DNA of 64,000 nucleotides from Bacteroidales bacterium. GTDB taxonomy: Bacteria; Bacteroidota; Bacteroidia; Bacteroidales; JAADJA01. The stretch lies in the NCBI GenBank assembly GCA_020438135.1, contig JAGQVF010000025.1:2108-66107 (forward strand), given 5' to 3'. A program made the translations under genes and the position numbers. The notes beneath the pieces were generated by a model. That model was not told where the DNA came from. It did not search any database and saw only the letters and a program-made list of their open reading frames with translations. Below, one piece after another: positions 36,528 through 46,003 of this stretch. Position 1 is the stretch's first letter. Every line of letters begins with the position of its first letter.

Positions 36528-36616
36528 TTATTCTCACTTATTAACATTCTGAAACCCTCGCTATACTTTTGACGTATTGGCCTTCAATTATTTTTTAGTT
36601 CGATCAGTATACTTAT

Positions 36617-36829
36617 ATGAAAAAGATTTTTATTGTTATTACCGTTTTGCTCTCAATTGTCCGGGTACTTTTTGCAAATGGAAATATCTCAACTTCAATG
36701 GTTCAGGAAACCGAGTCGAGCAGTGCGTCGATTGGAGGTGGAGTATTAATTCTGTTATCGCTTGGGTTGGGTTATTCTATCAGAAGAATCCACGATATAA
36801 GGTCTCAAAACAGGGAATTGGCTGATTAG
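36617..36829 (+). CDS. Possible small membrane protein
   Basis: 70 aa with a signal-like N-terminus, a Ser-rich linker, a GGG-TM-RR segment and a charged tail. I prefer it over the overlapping alternate frame 36577..36825. There is no family support. Confidence 0.3.
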   Translation: MKKIFIVITVLLSIVRVLFANGNISTSMVQETESSSASIGGGVLILLSLGLGYSIRRIHDIRSQNRELAD

Positions 36830-36834
36830 AAGAA

Positions 36835-38343
36835 TCAGTTCTGCCCCCCGCCAGGTACAAATTCATAGGCTCCCAAATCCGGTCCATCATCAGCCAATCT
36901 TGAAATTCCTTCAAGGTCGACAGAAACATCAAAATACGCGCTGTCGATTGCTGCCAGGCTTCCTATATCCGAAGCCGGTGAGAGTGTGTCGAGCCTGTAG
37001 TTATTCACGCCATAATCAACAAACAGGGGATCTTCGTTTTTAATACAATTGATAAAGTGTGGATCATTGTCAAGGTTTACTTCCGTTTTTAGCAAGCAAT
37101 GATCGAAGGTATAATTAAACGCAACCGCTTCATCTTCTGAAAAAAGGAGTTCCTCGTCAACATTTCCATACACGATACAATTCCAGAATTTAGCATTCAG
37201 CGGGCCCAAAACGGTCACAGGTTGCCCTTCTGAGTTCAGATAGGTAAGGTTATTGCTCAAAGTAAAAGATGGATCCTGCCTTATGGAACCACTCCAGTAA
37301 TTGGCAAATGTACAATGTTTGAAATCGTAAAAGCCACCTACAGTGAGGATCATTGTATTTTCTGCGCAATTGGCAAATATTGAGTTTTCGGCAACAACTG
37401 CATAGGCAATGGTAAAAAGTCCCCAGCGGCTCATGTTTTTAACTATCGTATTTCTGAGGATCAAAGCATTCACGAGATCCTCATCCGCATCCAGGGTTTC
37501 TGCCTGTAAACCGATAAAACCGTTTTTGATTACAGCATAGTTAAACTGATTGTTTACACTGCCTTCGTTGATCCATATCCTGTCCCACTGGCCGGATTGA
37601 TTCTGATATTCCGGCTCCAGCCGGTCACCCTGAAAGGTAACAACGCTATCCCGTTCACCATTAACGATAATATTACCACCTCTGTAAACCCATAAACCTG
37701 AATTTTGATGGAAATGTACATCCACTCCCGGCCCGATGGTCAGCGTGGCAGCACTGTCGATCACCGCCCAACCATAGATCACATAGGGTTTATCATCCTC
37801 CCACAAAACCGATTCTCCTTCTGGGGCTACTACCTTATATTTATATGCCAATCCCTCCAACACCTGATCACCCACGAAAAAATGGGCATCCTGGCCCCAG
37901 GCCACAAGGTCGACATCTTGTTTATTCCCGTTTGTTTCAAAAAATATATTATCAGTAATAACGAGGGGACTATTACTGTTTGTGGGATCAACATTCACTC
38001 TCACAAATATATAAAGGCTGTCGTCGGCGGCAAGCTCAATGTTATTGAGAGATGATGCAGGTATCCCGTTAATGTTGACCTCAAAGTTAGATGAACTTCC
38101 TCCGGAAACATAAATCCTCGAAATATTTACTCTTGAATTGTTGCGGTTGTATATTTTTAACGCCCTTGTGGTAGATCCGATAGTTGTGAATACAGTGTCA
38201 AAAATTATGGTGTCTGTTGAAAAGGTAAGTTTGTAAGCCGGATTGGAATCGATGATGTCGTCCTTTCTGCAGGATGATATGATCAAAATGGCTGTGATCA
38301 ACAAAAAAATCGGGTATAAAACTCCGGAAGAGGTAACTTTCAT
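36835..38343 (-). CDS. Right-handed parallel beta-helix repeat lipoprotein
   Basis: The lipobox is IISSC. Repetitive N/G-rich beta-helix turns are present. The C-terminus DLGAYEF is like the DIGVYEF in the 857-aa protein. Confidence 0.65.
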   Translation of the reverse strand: MKVTSSGVLYPIFLLITAILIISSCRKDDIIDSNPAYKLTFSTDTIIFDTVFTTIGSTTRALKIYNRNNSRVNISRIYVSGGSSSNFEVNINGIPASSLNNIELAADDSLYIFVRVNVDPTNSNSPLVITDNIFFETNGNKQDVDLVAWGQDAHFFVGDQVLEGLAYKYKVVAPEGESVLWEDDKPYVIYGWAVIDSAATLTIGPGVDVHFHQNSGLWVYRGGNIIVNGERDSVVTFQGDRLEPEYQNQSGQWDRIWINEGSVNNQFNYAVIKNGFIGLQAETLDADEDLVNALILRNTIVKNMSRWGLFTIAYAVVAENSIFANCAENTMILTVGGFYDFKHCTFANYWSGSIRQDPSFTLSNNLTYLNSEGQPVTVLGPLNAKFWNCIVYGNVDEELLFSEDEAVAFNYTFDHCLLKTEVNLDNDPHFINCIKNEDPLFVDYGVNNYRLDTLSPASDIGSLAAIDSAYFDVSVDLEGISRLADDGPDLGAYEFVPGGGQN

Positions 38344-38386
38344 TCGTTGAATATTTTATGCTGAAGATGCTTATAAACTATGCCGG

Positions 38387-38394
38387 CAAAGATA
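38387..38394 (-). promoter_or_regulatory. -7 promoter box (TATCTTTG on the minus strand)
   Basis: GCAAAGATA lies 44 nt upstream of the 38343 start. Confidence 0.4.
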
Positions 38395-38450
38395 GGCATC
38401 AATCTATTAATACGGAAACGGCCTGTTAATATTGTATGGGTAAATTACAC

Positions 38451-38458
38451 TATTTTTG
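38451..38458 (+). promoter_or_regulatory. -7 promoter box TATTTTTG
   Basis: It lies 17 nt upstream of the ATG at 38475. Confidence 0.4.
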
Positions 38459-38474
38459 ATTGAAATTTACAAAT

Positions 38475-39254
38475 ATGAAATTTGGAGCTGTGTTGCTGAG
38501 TGTGGTCCCTGTCAGGGCAGAACCATCTGATCGTGCTGAGATGGTCACCCAATTGTTGTTTGGTGAACTTGTGGTCATTCATCAGAAATATGAGCAATGG
38601 ATAAATATTCGTAACGTGTTTGATAATTATGAAGGGTGGGTCGATTCAAAACAAGTGGAAGCAATTGAGGAGGCTGAATTTAATCGGCTGCGATCAGCAA
38701 AAATACGCTACATTTCGTCTCCGGTCGATGTTATCCAAAACAAAACCGCAAATCAATTTTTGCCTGTTTTAGCCGGTAGCACACTCAGAAATAATGGAGA
38801 GAGTTCCTTTGAAATGGCTGGAATGATCTTCTCTTTCGATGGGGAAACAAAGAATCCCGATCAACCGGCTAAATATGAGGATCTGTTGGGAACCGCCATG
38901 ACGTTTTTGAATGCTCCCTATTTGTGGGGAGGAAAAACGGTGTTTGGTATTGATTGCTCCGGTTTTATGCAGGTTGTATTTATGCTATCGGGTATTCAGC
39001 TTTTAAGAGATGCTTCGATGCAGGCAACTTCAGGCGAAACGGTTAATTTTATGGCTGAAGCCAGACCGGGTGACCTCGTGTTTTTTGATAATAAAGAGGG
39101 AGAGATTGTTCATGCAGGTATGATCATCGACAACAATGAAATTATCCATGCCTCAGGCAGGGTACGTATCGATACCATTGATCACCAGGGAATTTACAAC
39201 CGGCAGTTAAAAAAATACACGCACAACCTTCGCGTGATCAAGCGGGTGTTGTGA
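38475..39254 (+). CDS. NlpC/P60 (C40) cell-wall peptidase with N-terminal SH3-like domains
   Basis: YLWGGKTVFGIDCSGFMQ carries the catalytic Cys, and a downstream HAGMI provides the His. The N-terminus SVVPVRAEPSDRAEMVTQLLFGE is typical. The track's TTG start is at 38460. Confidence 0.85.
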   Translation: MKFGAVLLSVVPVRAEPSDRAEMVTQLLFGELVVIHQKYEQWINIRNVFDNYEGWVDSKQVEAIEEAEFNRLRSAKIRYISSPVDVIQNKTANQFLPVLAGSTLRNNGESSFEMAGMIFSFDGETKNPDQPAKYEDLLGTAMTFLNAPYLWGGKTVFGIDCSGFMQVVFMLSGIQLLRDASMQATSGETVNFMAEARPGDLVFFDNKEGEIVHAGMIIDNNEIIHASGRVRIDTIDHQGIYNRQLKKYTHNLRVIKRVL

Positions 39255-39394
39255 CATGACACTATTACCGGCAACTGTTACCGATTAACAAATTCATTAT
39301 GAAAGGATTAATAATTTCACAGAGTTTTATCGCTTAAATATCACCCTTTGGCATATAATCTGTTCGTGTCGGCGGAAAATTAAAATCTGACAAA

Positions 39395-39733
39395 ATGTTA
39401 CAAACAAACCTTAAACACGTTTTATCTCGCCAGGATTACGACGATATTCTTGCCGGAAATGAGAATGTAATGATTTGCTGCGGCCGGATGGGTCCTATGT
39501 GTATTCCGGTATACGCATCTATGAAGGAATTGGAAGGAATTTATGACAACGTGGCTTTCTACGATATGGAGTTTGATCATCCCGATGCATCGGTGATCAG
39601 GAATTTACCGGAATGTCGCGGATTTATGGGACTTCCTTTTACAGTGTATTATAAAAACGGGAAAGTTGTTCATGCCACCAGCAGCATTCAATCGAAGGAA
39701 CAGATAAAAGAAATTTTGGATAACAAATTTTAA
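39395..39733 (+). CDS. Thioredoxin-fold protein with a non-canonical active-site region
   Basis: 112 aa with a Trx-like layout (..VMICCGRMGPMCIPVY....V.FYDMEFD.....LPFTVYYKNGKV..). There is no classical WCGPC. Confidence 0.55.
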   Translation: MLQTNLKHVLSRQDYDDILAGNENVMICCGRMGPMCIPVYASMKELEGIYDNVAFYDMEFDHPDASVIRNLPECRGFMGLPFTVYYKNGKVVHATSSIQSKEQIKEILDNKF

Positions 39734-39744
39734 ATTTACCAAAC

Positions 39745-39782
39745 ATAAAAAAACCGGAGAGCAACACTTTCCGGTTTTTTTG
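39745..39782. terminator. Bidirectional Rho-independent terminator
   Basis: The 10-bp stem AAACCGGAGA / TTTCCGGTTT has a 7-nt loop. It is flanked by an A-run and a T-run between convergent genes. Confidence 0.7.
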
Positions 39783-39796
39783 AAGGTATCTTAATG

Positions 39797-41086
39797 TTAG
39801 TCATTTTCGATCTTCAGATCAAATTTAATTGTTGTTTCTGCAGGAAATGTTCCTTCATTTATTTCTGTAATAAGCATTAAACCCTGGTTGCCTCCTCCGG
39901 CATAGGTGGTTTCAACTGCAAAAACGTCGTTTACCTCAAATCCTTTTGGAAAGGTTATTTCGCTGTAATAAAATTGGGTTGTACCTACATTTCCACCCAG
40001 TGTAACGATAAGTGCTGATAAGGTCTCAATGCCATTAAATTGCGCTGCCGTAATGGTTGGTTTTTTTGCAACATAAGTAATTTTCCGGTTATCAGCGCCC
40101 CAACTACCAATGGCAGGATAGGCCAAAGCTGCAGAGTTTTGTTTCGGAGATACCAAACAATGTCCCTGGGTGAAATCCTGAAAATAAACCAGGTCAACCA
40201 TTTTATATTCCTCAGGCATCGTAAGATCCTCAAGGTTGTAGGTTATTCCTTCCGTAAGGTTTATACCATGTGGTTCGGATGTACTGGTTGACCCGAGAAT
40301 TAAACCGGTATATGATGACATTCCCGGACCACCTGTTTCTGTAGTTATTGTAAAGCTAATAATTCCTTTTCTTCCGGTAGAATCCGTAACGGTGAAAGTC
40401 CAGAGTTCATTACCTGCATTTGGATGAGCAACACTACTTCCTGTCCAGGTATATTGTGATTTAGCAGCAAAACTGGTATCAAAGACTATTTGAGTACTGG
40501 TAGCTTCATATTTTCTTCTGACTGTAAATCCGGCGAGTTTTGATCCTGTGTTGGGATTCATTTCAGCATTGATCCCCAAACTTATCGGTGTATTGGTTTC
40601 GAGCGTTGTATTTCCGGAAATATAGTTGCCGGGTTTAAACTGAATAATAGGATTTAATGCATTATCGGCCAGTATGTCGAAGGTTACAGAAGCAGATTTT
40701 TTAGCCTCACTGCCGCTGTAGATTGTGATGGTGAAAACCTGCGTGCCCACTTCATCACGCACCCGCAGGGTATCATTCAAATAGGTAAATGATTTACCCG
40801 ATATGGCAGAGTCAACAATGGTTTCCGCTGCTTCCTGCATAAACCTGCTGGTAAGCAGGAAACGACTTAGATTTTCGCCACCCGAGCTATTTGATTCGGC
40901 TGTAAATGCCAGGGAAAACAGGTCTCCAACTTCCACCAGTTGATTGGGTGAAGTAGGTAATGTTACCAAAATAGTTGGATTTTTAACTTCGTCTTCCTCT
41001 TTATTGCATGAGATGGTGATCCCGAATATAAAAAGGGCTAAAACCGTGAACTTGATTGCAGAAGCAAAAGATTTTTTTGTAATCAT
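39797..41086 (-). CDS. Lipoprotein, paralog family member 1 (two N-terminal Ig-like repeats plus a C-terminal domain)
   Basis: The lipobox is ITISC. The repeats beginning NPTILVTLP.. and NPIIQFKPG.. resemble the N-domains of the two upstream genes. The C-terminal domain is VDLVYFQD..GHCLVSP...LMLITEINEG...IKFDLKIEND. Confidence 0.7.
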   Translation of the reverse strand: MITKKSFASAIKFTVLALFIFGITISCNKEEDEVKNPTILVTLPTSPNQLVEVGDLFSLAFTAESNSSGGENLSRFLLTSRFMQEAAETIVDSAISGKSFTYLNDTLRVRDEVGTQVFTITIYSGSEAKKSASVTFDILADNALNPIIQFKPGNYISGNTTLETNTPISLGINAEMNPNTGSKLAGFTVRRKYEATSTQIVFDTSFAAKSQYTWTGSSVAHPNAGNELWTFTVTDSTGRKGIISFTITTETGGPGMSSYTGLILGSTSTSEPHGINLTEGITYNLEDLTMPEEYKMVDLVYFQDFTQGHCLVSPKQNSAALAYPAIGSWGADNRKITYVAKKPTITAAQFNGIETLSALIVTLGGNVGTTQFYYSEITFPKGFEVNDVFAVETTYAGGGNQGLMLITEINEGTFPAETTIKFDLKIEND

Positions 41087-41126
41087 TTTAGGATTTTTTA
41101 TTTGAGGTCATAAAATTAGAAAAAAA

Positions 41127-41149
41127 AGGGAGCCCATAATGAGCTCCCT
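41127..41149 (-). terminator. Rho-independent terminator after paralog 2
   Basis: The 7-bp stem AGGGAGC / GCTCCCT has an A-run on the plus side, which is a U-run on the minus transcript. Confidence 0.6.
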
Positions 41150-41174
41150 CTATTTTTTTATGGATTATACCGCA

Positions 41175-42140
41175 TTATTCATCTTCTATAACAATATCAA
41201 GTCGTATTGAGCTTTCACCGTTGATTGCACCTTCTGTAACAGATTTTATGTGGATCAGGCCGAAACGTCCTGCACTTGTTTTAAATGCAATTACGTTCCC
41301 TGTTTGAAAACCGCCCGGTGTGGAATAGTACTGACTAAATATATGGGAGGCATTCTCCCAATTGATATTTTGATTTTCGATCACCACCAGCAGATCTTCT
41401 TTATCTTCAATTGCAAAGAAATGGCTCCCTGTCATAGAGGTTATCTTTTTGAATTTGGTTGTTTTGCGGTTGATTGATTCCCATTGGGTAATATCATCCG
41501 GATAGATTTGGTCAACTATTTCGGCAGAAGGGGAAGCAAGAGTATGTCCGTACGTTTCTGATCCGTGGAAGTATACCCAATCGATAAGGTCCTGCAGAGA
41601 AGTGCTGTCATTTACTTCATCGAAATTAAAAGTTTCTCCGCTGTGGGTGGAAAACAATTGTGGAACCGGGCTAGTGTAAGAGCCAAGGTTTATATTTTCA
41701 TACCAGGTGATCATCGGGTCAGCAGGAATGGTTGTTACCGAAAAGTGAATGGTTGTACTCATATCATTCCGGTCAGTTACTGTACAGAAAAAATCTTCTG
41801 TACCTTCGTCGCTGTTGGTTTTCAAAAGAGTGTCTAGTTCGAATGATGGGGTGCTTAATTCCTTATTAAGTATGTTTATCACATTGACAACCTCAAGTTT
41901 ACGTTCAATTTTAATGGATGCAAGGTTTTTATCACTTGTTGTTTTGGCACGAATTCCAAGCATAAAAGGGTGTTTCACGGTGAGCACCGTATCCTGACTT
42001 AGATAAATATAGTCGCCACCGCTTGTGCCCGATTTAAATGTAAGTGTTGGTCCTGTTCCTTCTTCTTCTTTTGTACATGAAACAAAAACCATTGTAAAAG
42101 ACAATAAGATCAGAATAATACCATACCATTTTTTCAACAT
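41175..42140 (-). CDS. Lipoprotein, paralog family member 2
   Basis: The lipobox is VFVSC. The N-domain is GPTLTFKSGTSGG...LGIRAKT.SDKNLASIKIERK...FFCTVTDRNDMSTTIHFSVTT. The C-domain is IDWVYFHG..GHTLASP...FGLIHIKSVTEG...IRLDIVIEDE. Confidence 0.7.
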   Translation of the reverse strand: MLKKWYGIILILLSFTMVFVSCTKEEEGTGPTLTFKSGTSGGDYIYLSQDTVLTVKHPFMLGIRAKTTSDKNLASIKIERKLEVVNVINILNKELSTPSFELDTLLKTNSDEGTEDFFCTVTDRNDMSTTIHFSVTTIPADPMITWYENINLGSYTSPVPQLFSTHSGETFNFDEVNDSTSLQDLIDWVYFHGSETYGHTLASPSAEIVDQIYPDDITQWESINRKTTKFKKITSMTGSHFFAIEDKEDLLVVIENQNINWENASHIFSQYYSTPGGFQTGNVIAFKTSAGRFGLIHIKSVTEGAINGESSIRLDIVIEDE

Positions 42141-42189
42141 AACTACTGCAATTAAAGTTCATTAATCGCTTTAACGCAGATAAAAAAAA

Positions 42190-42211
42190 AGAGATGCGTT
42201 TTAGCATCTCT
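42190..42211 (-). terminator. Rho-independent terminator after paralog 3
   Basis: The perfect 8-bp stem AGAGATGC / GCATCTCT has a 6-nt loop and is flanked by an A9 run and a T-run. Confidence 0.7.
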
Positions 42212-42235
42212 CTTTTTATGATTGCTATAAATCTT

Positions 42236-43042
42236 TTACATCTTATATTGACCGTCAATCGTAATGGTTGTTCCTGAAGTTTCTACAACTACTTCTGCAT
42301 GGGTCAAATGGATCAGGTAATACGTTTCGTTGTATAGTACGCCTAAAACTTCATCGTAGTCACCAGACGCAGTGGCTGAAATGCCGGTATATTCTTCCAT
42401 GTCTGTTCCGGCAGAAATGGCTTCCATGAGGCCTTCAACAGTGGCAAGATCTGTCCAGTCGGCAGGTTCCAGCATAACAAATTTATCAGCTCCATCTTTT
42501 GTGATCTGGGCATCAGTCTTTTTCCCGTTTGAAGTCCATTTTAATCCGAACATATCCAGACCGGTAGCTACTGCACCACCAACCCGTTTCCATTCCAGGT
42601 CAGTAGCTGCACCCAGCTCAGTTGTGTTCGGGTTTACAGTAACCTTAAAGGAGGCATTATTTTTCTCACCATCTTTATCAGTAACTTCAACATACAAGGT
42701 GCCTTCAACAACGTCCGGGAAAGTAATGGTGAAGTCCCCACTGTAGGAAGACTCATTGATGTCCTCGTTAAAAATATCATTTTGAGGTACGTTTGCAACG
42801 ATCATATAAATTCTGATGTTTGTAAGATTCGCTCCTGAATTGGAGTTTTCATTTGCCACAACACCAATTTTTATTGAGTCGCCAGCCATAATCTCAACAT
42901 CCGAAGATGTATAACCGGTTCCGGTTTGGAAGGTAACGGTAGGTTTCAAGTTCTGCGGTTCATCATCATCGTCATCACTACATGAAGTAAAAATAACTCC
43001 GGCAAAAACCAAAAGGCCTAATAAATAACTCAGTTTTTTCAT
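42236..43042 (-). CDS. Lipoprotein, paralog family member 3 (shortest)
   Basis: The lipobox is IFTSC, followed by a poly-Asp linker. The N-domain is KPTVTFQTGTGY...IGVVANENSNSGANLTNIRIYM...LYVEVTDKDGEKNNASFKVTV. Confidence 0.7.
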   Translation of the reverse strand: MKKLSYLLGLLVFAGVIFTSCSDDDDDEPQNLKPTVTFQTGTGYTSSDVEIMAGDSIKIGVVANENSNSGANLTNIRIYMIVANVPQNDIFNEDINESSYSGDFTITFPDVVEGTLYVEVTDKDGEKNNASFKVTVNPNTTELGAATDLEWKRVGGAVATGLDMFGLKWTSNGKKTDAQITKDGADKFVMLEPADWTDLATVEGLMEAISAGTDMEEYTGISATASGDYDEVLGVLYNETYYLIHLTHAEVVVETSGTTITIDGQYKM

Positions 43043-43091
43043 TGTGTTCTTTTATTTAATTAGTAAATATTTGATTTCTAAAATTGGAGCG

Positions 43092-43099
43092 CAAAGATA
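43092..43099 (-). promoter_or_regulatory. -7 promoter box (TATCTTTG on the minus strand)
   Basis: GCAAAGATA lies 50 nt upstream of the 43042 start. Confidence 0.4.
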
Positions 43100-43210
43100 T
43101 TAATATTTAGCAAACCCGCTCACACAGGTTGTTAAAAAAGTTTAATACGGAAACTCCAATTAAATGAGTTTATGTTTCAAATTGTATGCCATAAATGAAA
43201 GGGTGGGTAG

Positions 43211-43867
43211 TTATCGATCATTCGCCTTATCTCCCAACATCGGCACAAATCTGAATGATCCATGTTCTTCTTCTATGTGAATATCCCCGGCGGTTTTTCG
43301 GATACGTTTCATAACCTGTGTATCCCTGCCCAGCGGAATCACTAAAATTCCACCCGGTTTAAGCTGCTGAATAAGTGATTCAGGTATTTCCACTGCACCG
43401 GCTGTTACGATAATACGATCGAACGGTGCCCAGGCTGGCAAACCTTTGTAGCCATCGCCGTAAGATATTTGCCTGGCTTTGTAACCCAAATCCGATAGAA
43501 GCGTTTTTGCTTTCAGGTAAAGCGGTTTCTGCCGTTCGATGGTATAAACTTTTGCACCCATCTCCATTAAAACACAGGATTGATAACCTGATCCTGTGCC
43601 CACTTCCAGCACTTTATCTCCTTTATTAATTTCAAGCAATTGTGTTTGGAAGGCAACCGTAAAGGGCTGGCTGATCGTTTGCCCTGAACCGATCGGAAAT
43701 GCCTTATCGATATAGGCAAATTCAAGAAAAGATGAATCCATAAAGAGGTGGCGGGGCACTTTGCCTATTGCATCCAGAACACGTTCATCTTCAATTCCTT
43801 TATTTTTGATCTCTTCCACAAGCTTTTTCCTTAATCCTTTGTGCTTGAAGCTATCCTCGAATTTCAT
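43211..43867 (-). CDS. pcm: Protein-L-isoaspartate O-methyltransferase
   Basis: 218 aa. The matching blocks are VPRHLF, GQTISQP, VLEVGTGSGYQ and the typical C-terminus FVPL. Confidence 0.9.
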   Translation of the reverse strand: MKFEDSFKHKGLRKKLVEEIKNKGIEDERVLDAIGKVPRHLFMDSSFLEFAYIDKAFPIGSGQTISQPFTVAFQTQLLEINKGDKVLEVGTGSGYQSCVLMEMGAKVYTIERQKPLYLKAKTLLSDLGYKARQISYGDGYKGLPAWAPFDRIIVTAGAVEIPESLIQQLKPGGILVIPLGRDTQVMKRIRKTAGDIHIEEEHGSFRFVPMLGDKANDR

Positions 43868-43953
43868 CCGTTTTCAGTTTTTTTTTTGACCTTATTAACC
43901 TCAGCCGGTTTATAAATGCCCCAATTTTTTGCGAAAATACAAATTGCAGGGTA

Positions 43954-43961
43954 TATATTTG
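43954..43961 (+). promoter_or_regulatory. -7 promoter box TATATTTG
   Basis: It lies 34 nt upstream of the 43995 ATG. Confidence 0.4.
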
Positions 43962-43994
43962 CCGCATCTTACTTGAAATTAAATACACAATGTT

Positions 43995-44981
43995 ATGTTG
44001 AAAATCGGAGTTTTAGGCGCCGGCCATTTGGGGAAAATACATCTGAAGTGCATCACTGAATCAGACAAACTTGATCTTATTGGATTTTACGACCCTGATG
44101 AAGCAATGTCGGACATGGTTGAAAAGGAATTCGGAGTAAAAAGATTTGATGACATTCCTAAGCTGATAAGTGAAGTTGATGTTGTGGATATCGTAACACC
44201 AACTGTCTCTCATTTCGAATGTGCCATTCAGGCTTTGAAAGGTTTTCGGCATGTATTTATCGAAAAACCGGTTGTAACAACCCCTGCAGAAGCAAAGCAG
44301 TTGATTGCCCTGGCTAAGGAAGCTGAAGTTAAAGTTCAGGTGGGACATGTTGAAAGGTTCAATCCTGCATTTACAGCTGCGATTCCTTACTTTAACAAAC
44401 CGATGTTTATTGAAACACACAGGTTAGCCCAGTTCAATCCGAGGGGGACCGATGTGCCGGTGATTCTCGATCTGATGATCCATGACATTGATATCGTGCT
44501 GAGTGTAGTTAATTCTAATATTCGTAAAATTAATGCAAGCGGCGTGCCGGTGGTCAGCGATACTCCCGACATAGCCAATGCCCGTCTTGAATTCGATAAC
44601 GGTTGTGTGGCCAATTTAACGGCCAGCAGAATCTCGATGAAAAATATGCGTAAATCGCGTTTTTTCCAATCAAATGCCTACATTTCAGTTGACTTTCTTG
44701 ATAAGAAAACGGAAGTCCTGAGCATGAAAGATGTGCAAAATCCGGATGAGGCAGATCCGCTTGCCATGATCATCGATCTGGGTAAAGGCAAGGGAAGCAA
44801 ACAGATCATTTTTGATAAACCGGATATCAAACCTGTGAATGCCATCAAAAATGAACTGGAAAGTTTTGCCGAAGCAATCGAAAAAAACAAAGCCCCGCTG
44901 GTTTCGATCGATGATGGCTATGCTGCTCTTGACGTTGCTTATAAAATCATGGAAAAGATGAATTTTTCGATGGAGCAGTAA
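43995..44981 (+). CDS. Gfo/Idh/MocA family NAD(P)-dependent oxidoreductase
   Basis: The Rossmann start is MLKIGVLGAGHLGKIH, and the EKP motif is FIEKPV. Confidence 0.85.
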   Translation: MLKIGVLGAGHLGKIHLKCITESDKLDLIGFYDPDEAMSDMVEKEFGVKRFDDIPKLISEVDVVDIVTPTVSHFECAIQALKGFRHVFIEKPVVTTPAEAKQLIALAKEAEVKVQVGHVERFNPAFTAAIPYFNKPMFIETHRLAQFNPRGTDVPVILDLMIHDIDIVLSVVNSNIRKINASGVPVVSDTPDIANARLEFDNGCVANLTASRISMKNMRKSRFFQSNAYISVDFLDKKTEVLSMKDVQNPDEADPLAMIIDLGKGKGSKQIIFDKPDIKPVNAIKNELESFAEAIEKNKAPLVSIDDGYAALDVAYKIMEKMNFSMEQ

Positions 44982-45082
44982 TCGAATTTCCACTTATAAA
45001 GCAACCATTTCTAAAACATTTTAATCAGCAATATGGAGCGGTGTTAATCGTTTTTTTAAATTCGCAGCGAAATTTTAAACTA

Positions 45083-46000
45083 GTGGAGATAAAGCGATTT
45101 TTCAGGATAATCCTGGCTACATTCATTGCAGGATTTTTTTTGACTTCATGTGAAAAGTTTGAAGGTGATCAAACCATACCTTCCTACCTGTCAATTGATA
45201 CCATTATTCTTGTCGATAATCCCGGTTTACTCGAAGGTCATTCGTTAACCCATAACTTTACTGATGTCTGGGTATATGTGGATGAACAGGTTTTGGGGGC
45301 ATTCGAACTGCCTGCGATGATTCCGGTTTTACAAAACGGCACGCACAATCTTACCATTTATGCCGGTGTAAAACTCAATGCCTTATCCGGTACCCGTGCG
45401 GGATACAGTTTTACTGCACCTATGATTGATGATGAATTTGAATTTGTAATGGATAGCGTGATAGAAATCAATCCTTCTGTTTCATATTACGACAATACCG
45501 ATTTTGCATGGATTGAAGAATTCGATTTTACCAACCCCGAAAGCATTTCCCTGATACCATCATCCAACAGCGATACGTCGTTGACTGAATTTACCAGAAA
45601 CCCCACGGATCCTTTATATGAAAGATTTGGTTCACGTTCCGGGATCGGGTATGTGGATTCAAAAAATACAGTTTTAGAGATAACTACCAAGGTTGAAGAA
45701 GATGAAGGATTTTATTTTCCTCCGGGTGCCAGTCCGGTGATGCTCGAAATGGAATTCAACAGCGATCATTTGGTCGGAGTTGGCATGTTTATAAGGCAAA
45801 GCGGAATTATTCAACATCCCGTTTTGATACTTCGGCCTACCAATGGTGAATGGAAAAAGGTTTACGTTAATTTTACACCAACCATTTCTTCTTACTCGAA
45901 TGCTGTTAATTTTAATGTGTTTTTCAGGGCTGACTGGGATGGTGTAAGCGAAAAAGGAACAGTGATGCTCGACAATATTAAACTGGTTCGAAAACAATAG
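45083..46000 (+). CDS. Hypothetical lipoprotein
   Basis: The lipobox is FFLTSC. A GTG start at 45083 gives a normal signal peptide, while the track's start is 45041. I recognise no family. The protein ends VMLDNIKLV. Confidence 0.5.
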   Translation: MEIKRFFRIILATFIAGFFLTSCEKFEGDQTIPSYLSIDTIILVDNPGLLEGHSLTHNFTDVWVYVDEQVLGAFELPAMIPVLQNGTHNLTIYAGVKLNALSGTRAGYSFTAPMIDDEFEFVMDSVIEINPSVSYYDNTDFAWIEEFDFTNPESISLIPSSNSDTSLTEFTRNPTDPLYERFGSRSGIGYVDSKNTVLEITTKVEEDEGFYFPPGASPVMLEMEFNSDHLVGVGMFIRQSGIIQHPVLILRPTNGEWKKVYVNFTPTISSYSNAVNFNVFFRADWDGVSEKGTVMLDNIKLVRKQ

Positions 46001-46003
46001 CTG

